The position numbers were made by a program, and so were the translations under genes. Positions 1 to 11,045 of a DNA stretch of 64,000 nt are shown here, piece by piece. Position 1 is the first letter of the stretch, and every line of letters begins with the position of its first letter. The stretch is from an uncultured Chloroflexia bacterium (GTDB taxonomy: Bacteria > Chloroflexota > Anaerolineae > Anaerolineales > UBA4823), in NCBI GenBank assembly GCA_963726315.1, contig CAVSBZ010000005.1, forward strand, positions 1,930,947 to 1,994,946. Direction: 5' to 3'. The notes under the pieces were generated by a model. The model saw only the letters and a program-made list of their open reading frames with translations, searched no databases and was not told the origin of the DNA.

Positions 1-2
1 GA

Positions 3-1437
3 GCGTATGTCAGTACCCACAATAAAGACCATTCCAAGCTGATCGTCATCGATGGCTACACCGCTGGTGATAACGTACTCTATTTATGGGAGAAGAATTC
101 AAACCAGCGACAGCTGATTTATGGTACTCCGCTTGAGGCTCGAAAGCCCGATCAGGTTATTCCTTTCAACGCAATCGATGCAGTCCAATTTGTAGACCAT
201 GATCGAGGTTTATTAGTTTTATCAGCGATTTTTGAGGACACATTCGGGTTTGGATATCTGCGTCTAAAACACCCGGAGGAGGTAAAACCGGTTAAAGTAA
301 AAGGTGTTAAACATCACGGAAACGGTGAGCTCAACCGATGTGAATTCATTCGAAAGAACATATATCTGGTCGAATACAATATTGATGGGTGCTCGTGGCT
401 TTATGAGGGCAGAATTCGACGAAGAGAAGTTAACTATGCGGCTTGGAAATGTCCTGGTCGGTAAGGGTCCGATCTCCAATGGAGTTTTGGAATTGGTCAG
501 TTATGACAAGAAAAGTGATACATATATATTAAGCCACTCAACTGCCACTTCGCCAACCCAGATTTTTGCCATCTTCGGCAAGAACAGGGACCAGATCCTG
601 ATCCATACCAACGAACGTGTGCTCGGTTTGGCAGAGTCTCAGCTTTCTGCGGGAGAAGATGCATCGTTTATTTCGTATGATGGTTTACGGGTATCAGCGC
701 GCTTATATCTGCCGGCAAAAGATTCGAAGTTCCAACCGCCGTTCCCGCTAGTTTATTATATTCACGGTGGTCCACAGGGTCAGGAACGTCCAGATTTCGC
801 CTGGTTCTCCATGCCACTGATCCAATTCTTGACTCTGAACGGGTTCGCTGTTTTCGTTCCCAACGTGCGTGGCAGTATGGGATATGGATTGAGTTATATG
901 AAACAAGTGGATCATGATTGGGGTGGTCTTGACCGGCTGGATCACGTCCATGCGATGAAAGTGTTGAAGAAAGATACCCGGATCGATATTTCCCGATCTG
1001 CAGTGGTTGGGCGTTCTTATGGTGGCTACATGACCCTCACCATGGCGTCCAGGCACCCGGAACTATGGTCTGCTGCAGTGGATATGTTTGGTCCATATGA
1101 TTTGATCACCTTCAGCAACCGCCTGCCTGAGACGTGGAAACCCTATTTTAAGGTCTCCCTCGGTGACCCGGTCGAAGACCGGGAATTTTTAACCGAGCGT
1201 TCTCCCCGCACCTATATTGATCAGATCAAATGCCCGCTGCTCGTTATCCAGGGGAAAAACGATCCCAGGGTGATCGAGCAGGAATCACATGACCTGGTTG
1301 AACACCTGCGTGGAATTGGCAAACAGGTAGAGTACCTGATGTTCGAGAATGAAGGTCATGATGTGCTCAAGCTGGAGAATCGCGTCACCTGTTACAACGC
1401 CATCACAGATTTCTTCAAAAAGCAACTGATGAAATAA
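3..1437 (+). pseudogene. S9 family serine peptidase (prolyl oligopeptidase/acylaminoacyl-peptidase type); 5' end lies outside the window and the frame is broken near 405-412
   Basis: ORF 304..1437 holds the alpha/beta-hydrolase part (GRSYGG nucleophile elbow, C-terminal GHDV). A stop-free frame-3 reading from 3 to 464 (...YNIDGCSWLYEG) joins frame 1 (EFDEEKLTMRLG...) if one base near 411 is removed. Confidence 0.8.
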
Positions 1438-2300
1438 TGGAAACTAAAATAAATACAGAGGCGCAAGCTGGCGATATTGCTCAACTGATCAGCGCACAAA
1501 ATAAACGCTTTATTTTCCGCATCGTGCCTGACGGGAAATTTGAGACGCACCGTGGGTATATCAGCCATAATGAGCTGATCGGAAAACCCTGGGGGACCAC
1601 GGTATTGAGCCACATGGGTAGCCCTTTCGTACTGCTCCAGCCTTCCCTGGCTGATATCCTGGTGGAGACACGCCGGAATACCCAGATCATGTATCCCAAG
1701 GATATCGGTTATATCCTGGTAGCCATGGATATTGGTCCTGGAAAGCATATTTTAGAAGCCGGCACAGGCTCAGGCTCGTTCACTACCGCCCTGGCTTATG
1801 CAGTCGGTCCACAGGGGCAAGTGACAACCTACGAATCCCGCCAGGAGTTCCAAAACCTGGCGCAAAAAAACCTGGACCGGCTTGGTCTTGCTGATCGCGT
1901 CGATTTCAAACTGCGCGATATCGTCGAGGGTTTCGATGAAGTAAATGTCGACGCTGTTTTCCTCGACCTGCCCAACCCTCAGGATTATCTCCCGCAAGCC
2001 AAGAAAGCTTTGAAACCCGGGGGTCACCTGGGATGTATTTTACCGACCACCAACCAGGTTTCCACGCTCCTGGTTGCGCTCAGGCGGTCAAATTTTGCAT
2101 TCATCGAGGTGTGTGAAATCCTGGTACGTTATTACAAGGCGATTGCAGATCGCTTACGACCCACAGATAGGATGATTGCCCATACCGGGTACCTGGTATT
2201 TGCACGGTCTGTTCTTCCAGAAATTGTTAACTTTATTAGCACCGACCGGAAACGTAGAGCAGAAACCGATGAGCGCGATGAAGATATAGCACCTCCCTAA
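1437..2300 (+). CDS. trmI: tRNA (adenine(58)-N(1))-methyltransferase, TrmI/GCD14 family
   Basis: SAM-binding motif ILEAGTGSGSFT and GCD14-like overall layout. TAATG stop/start overlap with the upstream gene. Confidence 0.8.
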   Translation: METKINTEAQAGDIAQLISAQNKRFIFRIVPDGKFETHRGYISHNELIGKPWGTTVLSHMGSPFVLLQPSLADILVETRRNTQIMYPKDIGYILVAMDIGPGKHILEAGTGSGSFTTALAYAVGPQGQVTTYESRQEFQNLAQKNLDRLGLADRVDFKLRDIVEGFDEVNVDAVFLDLPNPQDYLPQAKKALKPGGHLGCILPTTNQVSTLLVALRRSNFAFIEVCEILVRYYKAIADRLRPTDRMIAHTGYLVFARSVLPEIVNFISTDRKRRAETDERDEDIAPP

Positions 2301-2319
2301 TAATATTCCCAGGAAAAAT

Positions 2320-2973
2320 ATGCCTGTGATTACTGATGAATATATCACCCGACAGTTGGCAGAAGTCCTGCAGCCTGGGATTGATTATCCAAATTGGTCC
2401 GAGTCGCTTTCGGGTTCAGCCCGTCCTGCGGCAGTATTAATTCCCCTCTTCCATGCCACAGAAGAAGATAGGCAGAACCATATCTGGCAGGTTTTACTTA
2501 CCCGCCGAACGGAGGTGGTCGCCGAACACCAGGGGCAGGTAGCTTTCCCTGGCGGACGGGCAGATCCTACCGATTTATCGCCTAAATCGACTGCCTTGCG
2601 CGAGGCATACGAAGAGATTGGGATTGATCCAATTCAGGTGAGACTATTGGGACGGATGAACAGGCTGCGCACCATCACGAATTACTGCGTCACTCCGATC
2701 GTCGGAGTGATCCCGTGGCCTTTTCCGATACAGATTGAGGAAATAGAAGTAAGCCGGGTCTTCTCGATCCCGTTGGAATGGCTGGCAAATCCGGATAACC
2801 ACGAGATCCGTCAACGCAACGTCCCGGAAGCCTTTTTAAAAATATTGAAATCATCAACGCATCCAGTAATCTATTTCAAAACCTACCAGGATGAGCTGTT
2901 ATGGGGAGTTAGCGCAGAGATCACGCTTAATTTTGTGAATATTCTATATAATAAAAAACTGGCGGGCGATTGA
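2320..2973 (+). CDS. NUDIX hydrolase (CoA pyrophosphatase-like)
   Basis: Nudix box GGRADPTDLSPKSTALREAYEEIGI fits GX5EX7REUXEEXGU. Confidence 0.8.
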   Translation: MPVITDEYITRQLAEVLQPGIDYPNWSESLSGSARPAAVLIPLFHATEEDRQNHIWQVLLTRRTEVVAEHQGQVAFPGGRADPTDLSPKSTALREAYEEIGIDPIQVRLLGRMNRLRTITNYCVTPIVGVIPWPFPIQIEEIEVSRVFSIPLEWLANPDNHEIRQRNVPEAFLKILKSSTHPVIYFKTYQDELLWGVSAEITLNFVNILYNKKLAGD

Positions 2974-2985
2974 CTCGCCCGCCAG
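2959..2985. terminator. Hairpin between convergent genes, probable bidirectional terminator
   Basis: Perfect 10-bp stem CTGGCGGGCG/CGCCCGCCAG with a 7-nt loop. An A-run on the left gives a U-tract for the minus-strand rplY transcript. The hairpin overlaps the Nudix stop codon. Confidence 0.6.
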
Positions 2986-2988
2986 TGA

Positions 2989-3651
2989 TTACTTGGCTTC
3001 TTCCTCTTCCCCCTCTTCCTCTTTCTTGCCGTGTTCAATGATCTCCGGCTCTTCCGTCAAAACTTCTTCTACTACAGGAGCGACCTCGACCTCTTCAGCT
3101 GCCTGGGCAGTGATGAGTGCGATCATGGTATCCGGATCCTCTAGGATTTTAACCCCATCCGGTACAGTAAGATCACGGACGTAAATCCCATCCCCGATTT
3201 TCGTCAACCCCGAGACGTCTACCACAAATCGTTCCGGTAGATCCTGAGGCAAACATTCAACTTCGACTTCATCGGAACCGGTCATCAGGACTCCGCTGAA
3301 ATCCTTGATTGCGGGAGCGACACCAACAATCTCCATATATACCTGTGAGCGCAGCTTCTCCTTCATGGAAACTGCCAGGAAATCTATGTGCAGCAAGGTT
3401 CCGCTGATTTTATTGCGTTGTTTTTCGCGCACCAACGCTCGATGTGTTTCTCCTTCCACATCGACGGTCACCAATGCCGACGGAGCCAGTCCTGCCAGGA
3501 TCTTGGCGGTATCGCGTAGATCCATCAGGATAGAAATTGGGTCGATATTGTGACCATAAATCACCGCGGGAAGCTGACCTTCCCTACGCATCGCCTTAAC
3601 TTGTTTGCCGATTAGAGTGCGGCGATTCGCCTTCAATATAATTTCTTCCAT
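2989..3651 (-). CDS. rplY: 50S ribosomal protein L25 / general stress protein Ctc
   Basis: N-terminus ANRRTLIGKQVKAMRREGQLPAVIYG is typical of L25/Ctc, with an acidic C-terminal tail. Start moved to MEEIILK (3651), which follows GGAAGGG; the ORF track extends to 3684. Confidence 0.9.
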   Translation of the reverse strand: MEEIILKANRRTLIGKQVKAMRREGQLPAVIYGHNIDPISILMDLRDTAKILAGLAPSALVTVDVEGETHRALVREKQRNKISGTLLHIDFLAVSMKEKLRSQVYMEIVGVAPAIKDFSGVLMTGSDEVEVECLPQDLPERFVVDVSGLTKIGDGIYVRDLTVPDGVKILEDPDTMIALITAQAAEEVEVAPVVEEVLTEEPEIIEHGKKEEEGEEEEAK

Positions 3652-3910
3652 TATTCCCTTCCTCGAGCGCCTCTCACCTCTCAAGGCAATGATGCCTGAG
3701 GATTACCTTCGCTCTATTGGTTGTTCCGGTATCCACCGGTTGGAAATTTGCCTCAGGATATGCGCTGAGCAAGATACATCCTGTGATGCACACCAATCCT
3801 TGGGCAAAAAAATCGCCTCAGCCTCGGAGACGTCTCAAAAGCAGGCTGAATTTTAGCCGCGTTGCACACTTTCGTCAATCCATAAACGCAGAGGAAGTTA
3901 TAATTCCACC

Positions 3911-4513
3911 ATGAATGCCATCAAGGATTTACCTACCAACTATCATCACCGAAAGACACTGGATCTATCTGGTTCTCGGACAGTGCTTTGGTTAAACCTG
4001 GCTACTATCCCGCTCCTTTTCTTTTTTGGTTGGTTATTCAACCGTATTATCGTATACCTGCGGTCATTCAATCCATTTCAAAATGGGTTTTGGGGTCTGG
4101 TGAGCACTTTTTCGGGTTGGGGTTTGATTGTGATCCTGGTTGCTGTCATCTTAATGCTGGTTGTCCACGAGCTCATCCATGGGTTGTTTTTTTGGTTATT
4201 CACCCGCGAACGACCGAAGTTTGCCTTGAGATCGGGATATGCCTTTGCTGCTGCACCTGAGTGGTACTTGCCAAAGGCGCAATATATCATCGTGGGTTTA
4301 TCTCCGTTAATCGTAATTTCTGTTGTGTGTATCGTCATCGCATCATTTGTGCCAGCCTCCATTGCCCCCTACCCATTGTTTATTGCTACATTCAATGCTG
4401 CCGGGGCACTCGGAGATATGCTTGTGGTTGCCTGGGTATCAAAACAAACCGGTTCAGTTCTGGTAAGAGACCTCGGAGATAGATTTTCATCTTTTGTCCC
4501 GGAAATCGAATGA
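3911..4513 (+). CDS. DUF3267-like polytopic membrane protein (putative zincin, HELIH motif)
   Basis: Several hydrophobic helices and the motif VHELIHG, as in the DUF3267 family. Confidence 0.55.
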   Translation: MNAIKDLPTNYHHRKTLDLSGSRTVLWLNLATIPLLFFFGWLFNRIIVYLRSFNPFQNGFWGLVSTFSGWGLIVILVAVILMLVVHELIHGLFFWLFTRERPKFALRSGYAFAAAPEWYLPKAQYIIVGLSPLIVISVVCIVIASFVPASIAPYPLFIATFNAAGALGDMLVVAWVSKQTGSVLVRDLGDRFSSFVPEIE

Positions 4514-5745
4514 CCGAGCAATCCAGCTTTTCCGCGCCTGCTACCTTCCTGGCTAGCCAAAAATTTATGGTGAAACTTGGGGATAAGCAAATTCAGGTCT
4601 GTTCACAGCTTGGTCTGCCAGATTGGGAGCAGGTTTACCCATCAGCACGGCTGTGTGCTGACAATATCAATTTTTCCAATGAAGATCAGGTGCTCTTGTT
4701 TGGCTGCCACCAGGGTGCACTGGCCGCTTACCTGTCACTGGTTATACCAGCAGGTCAGTTAACGATAACAGATCATAACGTCACTGCATTAGAGGTTACG
4801 AAGCAAACTTTGTCTGCCAACAATGCTCCTCCCCTCAATATCCTGACCGATATTGAGTTGCCTCCAGAATACGCTCATCAATTTACCGTAGCCATCATCC
4901 AAATTCCAAAAGGCAGGCTGCTCGCTCGCAGATGGCTCGTACGGGCATTCGATGCCCTGGCTGCGAATGGAAATCTGTATCTCGTGGGCTCCAACCATTG
5001 GGGAATCCAGTCAATCATCAAAGATGCCCAGGCCTTATTTGGAACGGGAAGGATAGTGGCGTATAAAAAAGGCAATCGTTTGGCGCATTTCATAAAAAAA
5101 TCCGGCGATGATCTGAAACCTGACTGGACCCATGCTGCCGGTATAGAAACCCACACCTGGGTCGAGTTTTCAATCACAATTGGTGAACACCCTTATACAA
5201 TTCGCAGCCTGCCAGGAATATTTTCATTTGATCACCTGGATGAGGGAACGGAGATGCTTTTATCCACTGCTCAAATTTCACCACATGCGAAAGTGCTGGA
5301 TGCAGGCTGTGGTTTTGGGATTATCGGCTTGTTTGCTGCAATCAATGGTGCAGAAACGGTGCACTTGGTGGATAATAATCTGCTTGCCATAGCCGCAAGC
5401 CAGGAAACACTATCATTAAATGGGATCAAGAACGCACAAGTGTTTGCAGGAGATTTACTCAACCCCGTTCTCCCTGATCATTATGACCTGATCCTATCCA
5501 ATCCACCTTTCCATACTGGAATGGCAGTAGATTATCAGGTAGCCCATGCGTTGATTGAAGCTTCCTTCCTGGCGCTCAACCCGGGTGGTCAGTTAGTTAT
5601 CGTTGCAAACCGCTTTATTCGGTATGACCGCCTGATAAAGGAAATTTTTGGAAATATAGCCATCCTGTCTGAATCAGGAAAATTTCACCTCCTTTCTGGA
5701 TTAAAATCAAGCCAAGAAATTATGCTGACGAAAATGGGAGGCTGA
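4510..5745 (+). CDS. Class I SAM-dependent methyltransferase, RsmC/RlmG-like (rRNA guanine-N2 type, tandem domains)
   Basis: VLDAGCGFGIIG SAM motif and SNPPFH catalytic motif in the C-terminal half, with a degenerate MTase-like N-terminal half. ATGA overlap with the upstream gene. Confidence 0.7.
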   Translation: MTEQSSFSAPATFLASQKFMVKLGDKQIQVCSQLGLPDWEQVYPSARLCADNINFSNEDQVLLFGCHQGALAAYLSLVIPAGQLTITDHNVTALEVTKQTLSANNAPPLNILTDIELPPEYAHQFTVAIIQIPKGRLLARRWLVRAFDALAANGNLYLVGSNHWGIQSIIKDAQALFGTGRIVAYKKGNRLAHFIKKSGDDLKPDWTHAAGIETHTWVEFSITIGEHPYTIRSLPGIFSFDHLDEGTEMLLSTAQISPHAKVLDAGCGFGIIGLFAAINGAETVHLVDNNLLAIAASQETLSLNGIKNAQVFAGDLLNPVLPDHYDLILSNPPFHTGMAVDYQVAHALIEASFLALNPGGQLVIVANRFIRYDRLIKEIFGNIAILSESGKFHLLSGLKSSQEIMLTKMGG

Positions 5746-6654
5746 ATGGATAGTCCCATAATCCATACTATCGACCTGAATTTTAAGGGGAGAACTGGTA
5801 CCATCGGAGCCTACCTGGTGCCACATTCAGACGGGGCGATCCTGGTGGAAACAGGTCCAGGCTCAACCATCCAAAACCTGATGGCGGGAATGAAACAAGT
5901 CGGATTTGACGTCGGAAATATAAGCGGAGTATTTCTCACCCATATCCATCTCGATCATGCCGGTGCCGCGGGGTGGCTGGCGCAACAAGGCTGCCAGATT
6001 TATGTCCATGAGAATGGTGCTCCTCATCTGGTCAATCCTGAGAAATTGCTCGCCAGCGCCGGCCGGTTGTATGGAGATAAAATGGACAGCCTGTGGGGAG
6101 AATTTTTACCTGTGCACGGAGATAAGATCACCATCCTTCACGATAACGATGTGGTTAATGCTGGCGATTTAGCGATCCGTGCCATGGATGTTCCCGGTCA
6201 TGCCAGCCATCACCTGGCCTACCTCATAGGAGATGCGTGTTTCAGTGGTGATATTGGAGGTATCCGCCTCAATGCTCGTCAATATATCAGTCTACCGATG
6301 CCGCCACCCGATCTAAACCTGGAAACGTGGCGGAAAAGTATAAATCATATCCAGAACTTCAATCCCTCACGCATCGTGCCAACCCATTTCGGGGTTTATG
6401 CAGACGCCAGGTGGCATCTCCAGGCAGTTTTGGATGGGCTGGATGAAGTGGAAACCTGGATGCAAGAAAGATTACTCCTAAATCCCTCGTTGGATGAACT
6501 ACGCCAACAATTCATTGAGTTTGAGCAGCTGCGCGCCCAGAAATATCATGTAGAGAAGACCGCGGTAGAGAACCAGCAGATCGCCAATCCATCCTCCATG
6601 TCAGCAGATGGCATCTTCAGATACTGGAACAAATTTAGAAAACCGGAAATTTAA
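5746..6654 (+). CDS. MBL-fold metallo-hydrolase
   Basis: THIHLDHAG metal-binding motif (HxHxDH). Confidence 0.8.
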   Translation: MDSPIIHTIDLNFKGRTGTIGAYLVPHSDGAILVETGPGSTIQNLMAGMKQVGFDVGNISGVFLTHIHLDHAGAAGWLAQQGCQIYVHENGAPHLVNPEKLLASAGRLYGDKMDSLWGEFLPVHGDKITILHDNDVVNAGDLAIRAMDVPGHASHHLAYLIGDACFSGDIGGIRLNARQYISLPMPPPDLNLETWRKSINHIQNFNPSRIVPTHFGVYADARWHLQAVLDGLDEVETWMQERLLLNPSLDELRQQFIEFEQLRAQKYHVEKTAVENQQIANPSSMSADGIFRYWNKFRKPEI

Positions 6655-6801
6655 AATGTTGCATGTCTCAGCGCTTTTGTTCGATCAAATGACTATACGA
6701 TATCGATATGTCCAATATTGGATTTCTTTCTCACCACTATCGATGAACTTTTATATAGCTACATAAATCAAAATATACAAAGATAAAAATCGGAGATTCT
6801 C

Positions 6802-8475
6802 ATGGATTTTGATCATTACTTTACCAACGAAGAGTTATCCCAGCTTCTAACAGAATGGGGTGCAAAATATCCTGATCTCATTAATGTGAGCTCGATTGGG
6901 ACCAGTCATGAAGGGAGTCCCATCCAGCTGTTAACCATAACCAACCAGTCAACCGGGTCGGATTTGGAAAAACCAGCCATATGGATTGACGCTAATCTGC
7001 ACGCCACTGAGATCACCGGCACCACCTCAGCCTTGTACATTGCATATAACTTATTAGTCGGATACGGTACTGATAAGCACATCACCCGCCAGCTGGATCA
7101 GAGCGTGTATTATATCGTCCCACGTGCGAACCCTGATGGGGCTCACTGGGCGATGGCACCCAATCCACGTTACGTGCGTTCGGGAGTGAGGCCTTATCCG
7201 TGGGAGGAAAAAGACGAAGGCTTGTTCACCCAGGATATCAATGGTGATGGAAAAATACTCCAGATGAGATTGCAAGATCCCAACGGCGATTGGAAGGTCA
7301 GCTCATTAGACCCACGCTTGATGGAGAAGCGTTCAATAGATGAGAGCGGTGGTAATTATTACCGCTTATTTACTGAGGGGCTACTCGAGGATTATGATGG
7401 CTATGTCATCAAATTAGCCAGACCGTTGGAAGGTCTTGATTTCAACCGTAATTTCCCCTTCGAATGGCGTACTGAAGGAGAACAGAACGGTGCTGGTCCA
7501 TACCCCACCTCTGAACCAGAGACGCGTGCCCTGACAGATTTTGTGATTACACACCCGAATATCAATGTAGCGATTACATTTCATACTTTCAGCCGGGTCA
7601 TTCTACGCCCGTATAGCACAAAATCAGATGATGACATGAACACCGAAGACCTGTGGGTGTTCAAGAAGATCGGTGAGATCGGCACAAAAATCAGTGGCTA
7701 TCGCAGTGTGTCCACTTTCCATGATTTCAAATACCACCCCAAGGAAGTAACTACCGGTGCATTTGATGATTGGATGTATGACCACCATGGAGTTTTTACC
7801 TATACCATTGAGCTGTGGGACCTGCCCACTGAGGCTGGGATTAAAGACCGCAAGTGGATTGAATGGTGGCGGGAGCATCCGCATGAAGAGGACCTGCAGA
7901 TATTGAAATGGATTGATGAACATGGCGCACCGGATGCCTATATGCCATGGCAGCCTTTCGATCACCCCCAGCTGGGAAAAATCGAGCTGGGTGGTTGGAA
8001 TAATATGTACACCTGGCGTAATCCACCGTTAGGTTTTGTTGAGGCGGAAGTAAAAAAGCATTACCCCTTCATCCTCACCCTGGGAGATCTGCTGCCTCAT
8101 CTCTCGATTCACACGATTAAGGTTGAGAAGATAAATCCAGATAAGTATCACCTCAATTTAGTCGTCGAAAATAGCGGCTTTTTACCCAGCTATACCAGCC
8201 AGCAAAGTAAAACGCGAAAATCGTGCCGCCCGGTCAGAGTGGTGATCGAGCTACCTGACGGCGCATTGCTGACCAGTGGAAAACACCGCCAGGAGTTAGG
8301 TCATCTCGAAGGTCGAAGTAATAAATTGGAAGTAGCGGCACTATCTGCAGATAGCCCCACAGACAACCGTGCTCGTCTCGAGTGGGTGATTGAGGCACAG
8401 CCAGGGACAACAGTCAAGCTTAAGGTGCTGAGTGAACGTGCTGGGTCAATCTCTCAAGAAGTTGTCCTGCAATAA
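6802..8475 (+). CDS. M14 family zinc carboxypeptidase
   Basis: DANLHATEITG (HxxE zinc ligands) and a layout typical of bacterial M14 carboxypeptidases. Confidence 0.8.
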   Translation: MDFDHYFTNEELSQLLTEWGAKYPDLINVSSIGTSHEGSPIQLLTITNQSTGSDLEKPAIWIDANLHATEITGTTSALYIAYNLLVGYGTDKHITRQLDQSVYYIVPRANPDGAHWAMAPNPRYVRSGVRPYPWEEKDEGLFTQDINGDGKILQMRLQDPNGDWKVSSLDPRLMEKRSIDESGGNYYRLFTEGLLEDYDGYVIKLARPLEGLDFNRNFPFEWRTEGEQNGAGPYPTSEPETRALTDFVITHPNINVAITFHTFSRVILRPYSTKSDDDMNTEDLWVFKKIGEIGTKISGYRSVSTFHDFKYHPKEVTTGAFDDWMYDHHGVFTYTIELWDLPTEAGIKDRKWIEWWREHPHEEDLQILKWIDEHGAPDAYMPWQPFDHPQLGKIELGGWNNMYTWRNPPLGFVEAEVKKHYPFILTLGDLLPHLSIHTIKVEKINPDKYHLNLVVENSGFLPSYTSQQSKTRKSCRPVRVVIELPDGALLTSGKHRQELGHLEGRSNKLEVAALSADSPTDNRARLEWVIEAQPGTTVKLKVLSERAGSISQEVVLQ

Positions 8476-8501
8476 TCTATTAGAATGATTAAGAGGCTGC
8501 G

Positions 8502-9686
8502 ATGAATCCGATTCTGGTTCAGGAAAAAGTACAACAAGCCATTGGAATATTACAGGAAATGGGCGTTGATATGTGGCTGACCTTCGTCAGAGAGACTACC
8601 GCTGGCGGCGATCCTGTCCTTCCACTTATTTATGGTCTCGACCTGACCTGGCAAAGCGCGCTGATATTATGCAGGACAGGAGAGCGTATCGCGATCGTCG
8701 GCAGACTTGAAGCTGAAGCAGCACGCCGTACTGGTGCCTATGACGAGATTATCCATTACGATCAGTCTATTCAGTCGGCGTTATTGGGTGTTCTTGAACG
8801 ATTGAACCCAAACCAAATTGCCATCAACTATTCGATCGACGATGTTCATGCCGATGGGCTGTCTTTTGGGATGTACCAACTTTTATCCAGGTATCTGGGC
8901 ACACCATATCGATCCAGGTTGGTCAGCGCAGAAAAACTGCACAGCGCCCTGCGTGGGCGTAAAACAGTGCAGGAAATCGAGCTTATTCGGGCTGCCATTC
9001 GTACGACTGCGAGAATTTTTCAGAATACGTTTGATTTTATCCAAGTTGGTATGACTGAGGTCGAAATCAGCGATTTCATGCATGCCCAGCTGGACGAATC
9101 CCGTGTGCAACCCGCCTGGGAGCTGATCAATTGTCCAACCGTAAACAACGGACCTGATTCACCCATCGGGCATGTGGGACCGACCGAGTTAAAAATCTCG
9201 CCTGGGCAAATCGTTCATTTTGACTTCGGTGTGCTGCAGGACGATTATTGCTCCGACATCCAGCGCGTGGTCTATTTCCGCCGTCGGGGTGAGCAAGCAC
9301 CTCCTGCTGAGGTCCAACGTGCATTTAACACTGTCAGGAAAGCCATCCAGGCTGCATTTCAGTCCATGAAACCTGGAGTCACCGGTAAATCAATTGACCA
9401 AATTGCCCGCCAGACGATCCTGGAAGCAGGCTATCCGGAATTCCCTTATGCTACCGGTCACCAGGTGGGACGCGTGGTGCATGATGGTGCTGCCATCCTT
9501 GGACCGGAGTGGGAGCGATATGGAGACACGCCGAATTACCCGCTCGAAGCTGGTCAGGTTTATACTCTTGAGCCTGGGTTGGCAGTGCCGGGGTTTGGCT
9601 ACCTTGGGCTAGAAGAAGATGTACTGGTCACTGATAATGGAGCCGAATACCTGGGTGACCCCCAGACCGAATTAATCGTCAAGTAA
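8502..9686 (+). CDS. M24 family Xaa-Pro aminopeptidase/dipeptidase
   Basis: Creatinase-like N-terminal domain plus a pita-bread C-terminal domain (HFDFG...CSDIQR, GHQVGR, LEPG, GLEEDVLVT). Confidence 0.8.
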   Translation: MNPILVQEKVQQAIGILQEMGVDMWLTFVRETTAGGDPVLPLIYGLDLTWQSALILCRTGERIAIVGRLEAEAARRTGAYDEIIHYDQSIQSALLGVLERLNPNQIAINYSIDDVHADGLSFGMYQLLSRYLGTPYRSRLVSAEKLHSALRGRKTVQEIELIRAAIRTTARIFQNTFDFIQVGMTEVEISDFMHAQLDESRVQPAWELINCPTVNNGPDSPIGHVGPTELKISPGQIVHFDFGVLQDDYCSDIQRVVYFRRRGEQAPPAEVQRAFNTVRKAIQAAFQSMKPGVTGKSIDQIARQTILEAGYPEFPYATGHQVGRVVHDGAAILGPEWERYGDTPNYPLEAGQVYTLEPGLAVPGFGYLGLEEDVLVTDNGAEYLGDPQTELIVK

Positions 9687-9709
9687 TTTGTAATGTAAGA
9701 TAGAGGGAT

Positions 9710-11026
9710 TTATAACAAGGATATCGCCTGGGCAATCGTCTGGCGGAAGTCAGGACGGTTGAATTTCCTCCATAATTCGGGGAACGAGGCGGTTAATCGG
9801 AAGCGTTCTGCATTTAAGTACGCCAGGTAACTGACAATAGGCTCAGGGTTTAAACGCTCAGCGATGGGTATTTGGGTTTGTTGTTTATCCCATTTCTTCA
9901 AAAACCCACTGACCAGCTGGCAGGCTACATCCGCATCGTGCAGCTCACCCAGGCGGTCTTGCAGTTGTTTTATTTCGTTGACAGCCTGGTTGGCACCTTC
10001 CCCGAGAATTTCCTTGAAGTATTCAAGTGTATAGCGGAATTTCTTGAATTCGATCCGAAGTGCATGCAGCTGAGTGACCGAGGCGGTGGGCAGGATGCCT
10101 TCGTAGGACCTGACCGCCGCGTAGCGGCTATAGACCAATACCGGGACAGCATCTCGCAGGAGTGAATTCCTGCCTCCATTTTGGACCAGCGGAGAATCAA
10201 GCTGTTCAGGTGCCTGTAAGAAGAGGTTGAAATTATATTTAAAGTTAGCGTATTGCTCACTTTGCAGGTGCTTTAGCATTTTGGTGCGCTGCTGGTCAAT
10301 TGTGCTCTGCCAGTCAGCTAACAAGGGTCCCAAACCAGGGCGTTGGTCCTCTTTGAGTTTCCTCTGATAGTTCACAGCATTTTCCACGATAACATCCAAA
10401 TCCCGTACCTGACCTAACACCCTCCCAACTGTACGTAGTCCCTTGAGATGACGCTTCATAATTTTTGGCTCAAAAGCGGAGCTAAAAATATCAAAAGCAG
10501 ATCGCATGCGGCGTGTGGCTACACGCATATCATGCAATTCTTCAATGTTCTCGCCCACCAAAGTGCCTGGCTCATGGCACAGCATCTCCGCAAAGTAAAA
10601 CGACCATACTTTTTTACCGGCTGACGCAAGGCTATCATCAGGATTGATCCCAATGGTCTCCCTGGGCTGTGGTACCGGTATTTCCAAGCTGGCGGGTACT
10701 TCTATCGATGGTTCAGCTACTACAGTATCCAATCCCAAACTATCCTGTGGTAAATTTTGTTCTGCTACCACTGGTTCTGTTGGTGATGCAGTCTCCGAAT
10801 CCGGGCTAAAGATGCCCATTCCTTTAGCAATAAACTGACGCTTCCAGAAGCGTGCTCTACCACGTGAAATCCCGGCATCCATCGCTGCCTTGATCGTTGG
10901 TTTTCCATCTGCATAACCTAATATCAGACTAGCGCGGTGGCTTAGCAATTCTGTACCGCTTTGAGACAATTCAACCAATTGCAGTCGTTCCTCGTCAGAG
11001 AGCATGATAATGGGCATGGAATTCAT
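9710..11026 (-). CDS. CHAD domain protein with N-terminal helix-turn-helix region
   Basis: HDMRVATRRMRSAFDIF and LHALRIEFKKFRYTLEYF are typical CHAD helices. The N-terminal ~75 aa look HTH-like. Confidence 0.75.
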   Translation of the reverse strand: MNSMPIIMLSDEERLQLVELSQSGTELLSHRASLILGYADGKPTIKAAMDAGISRGRARFWKRQFIAKGMGIFSPDSETASPTEPVVAEQNLPQDSLGLDTVVAEPSIEVPASLEIPVPQPRETIGINPDDSLASAGKKVWSFYFAEMLCHEPGTLVGENIEELHDMRVATRRMRSAFDIFSSAFEPKIMKRHLKGLRTVGRVLGQVRDLDVIVENAVNYQRKLKEDQRPGLGPLLADWQSTIDQQRTKMLKHLQSEQYANFKYNFNLFLQAPEQLDSPLVQNGGRNSLLRDAVPVLVYSRYAAVRSYEGILPTASVTQLHALRIEFKKFRYTLEYFKEILGEGANQAVNEIKQLQDRLGELHDADVACQLVSGFLKKWDKQQTQIPIAERLNPEPIVSYLAYLNAERFRLTASFPELWRKFNRPDFRQTIAQAISLL

Positions 11027-11045
11027 TATAGCATACCGGTATACA

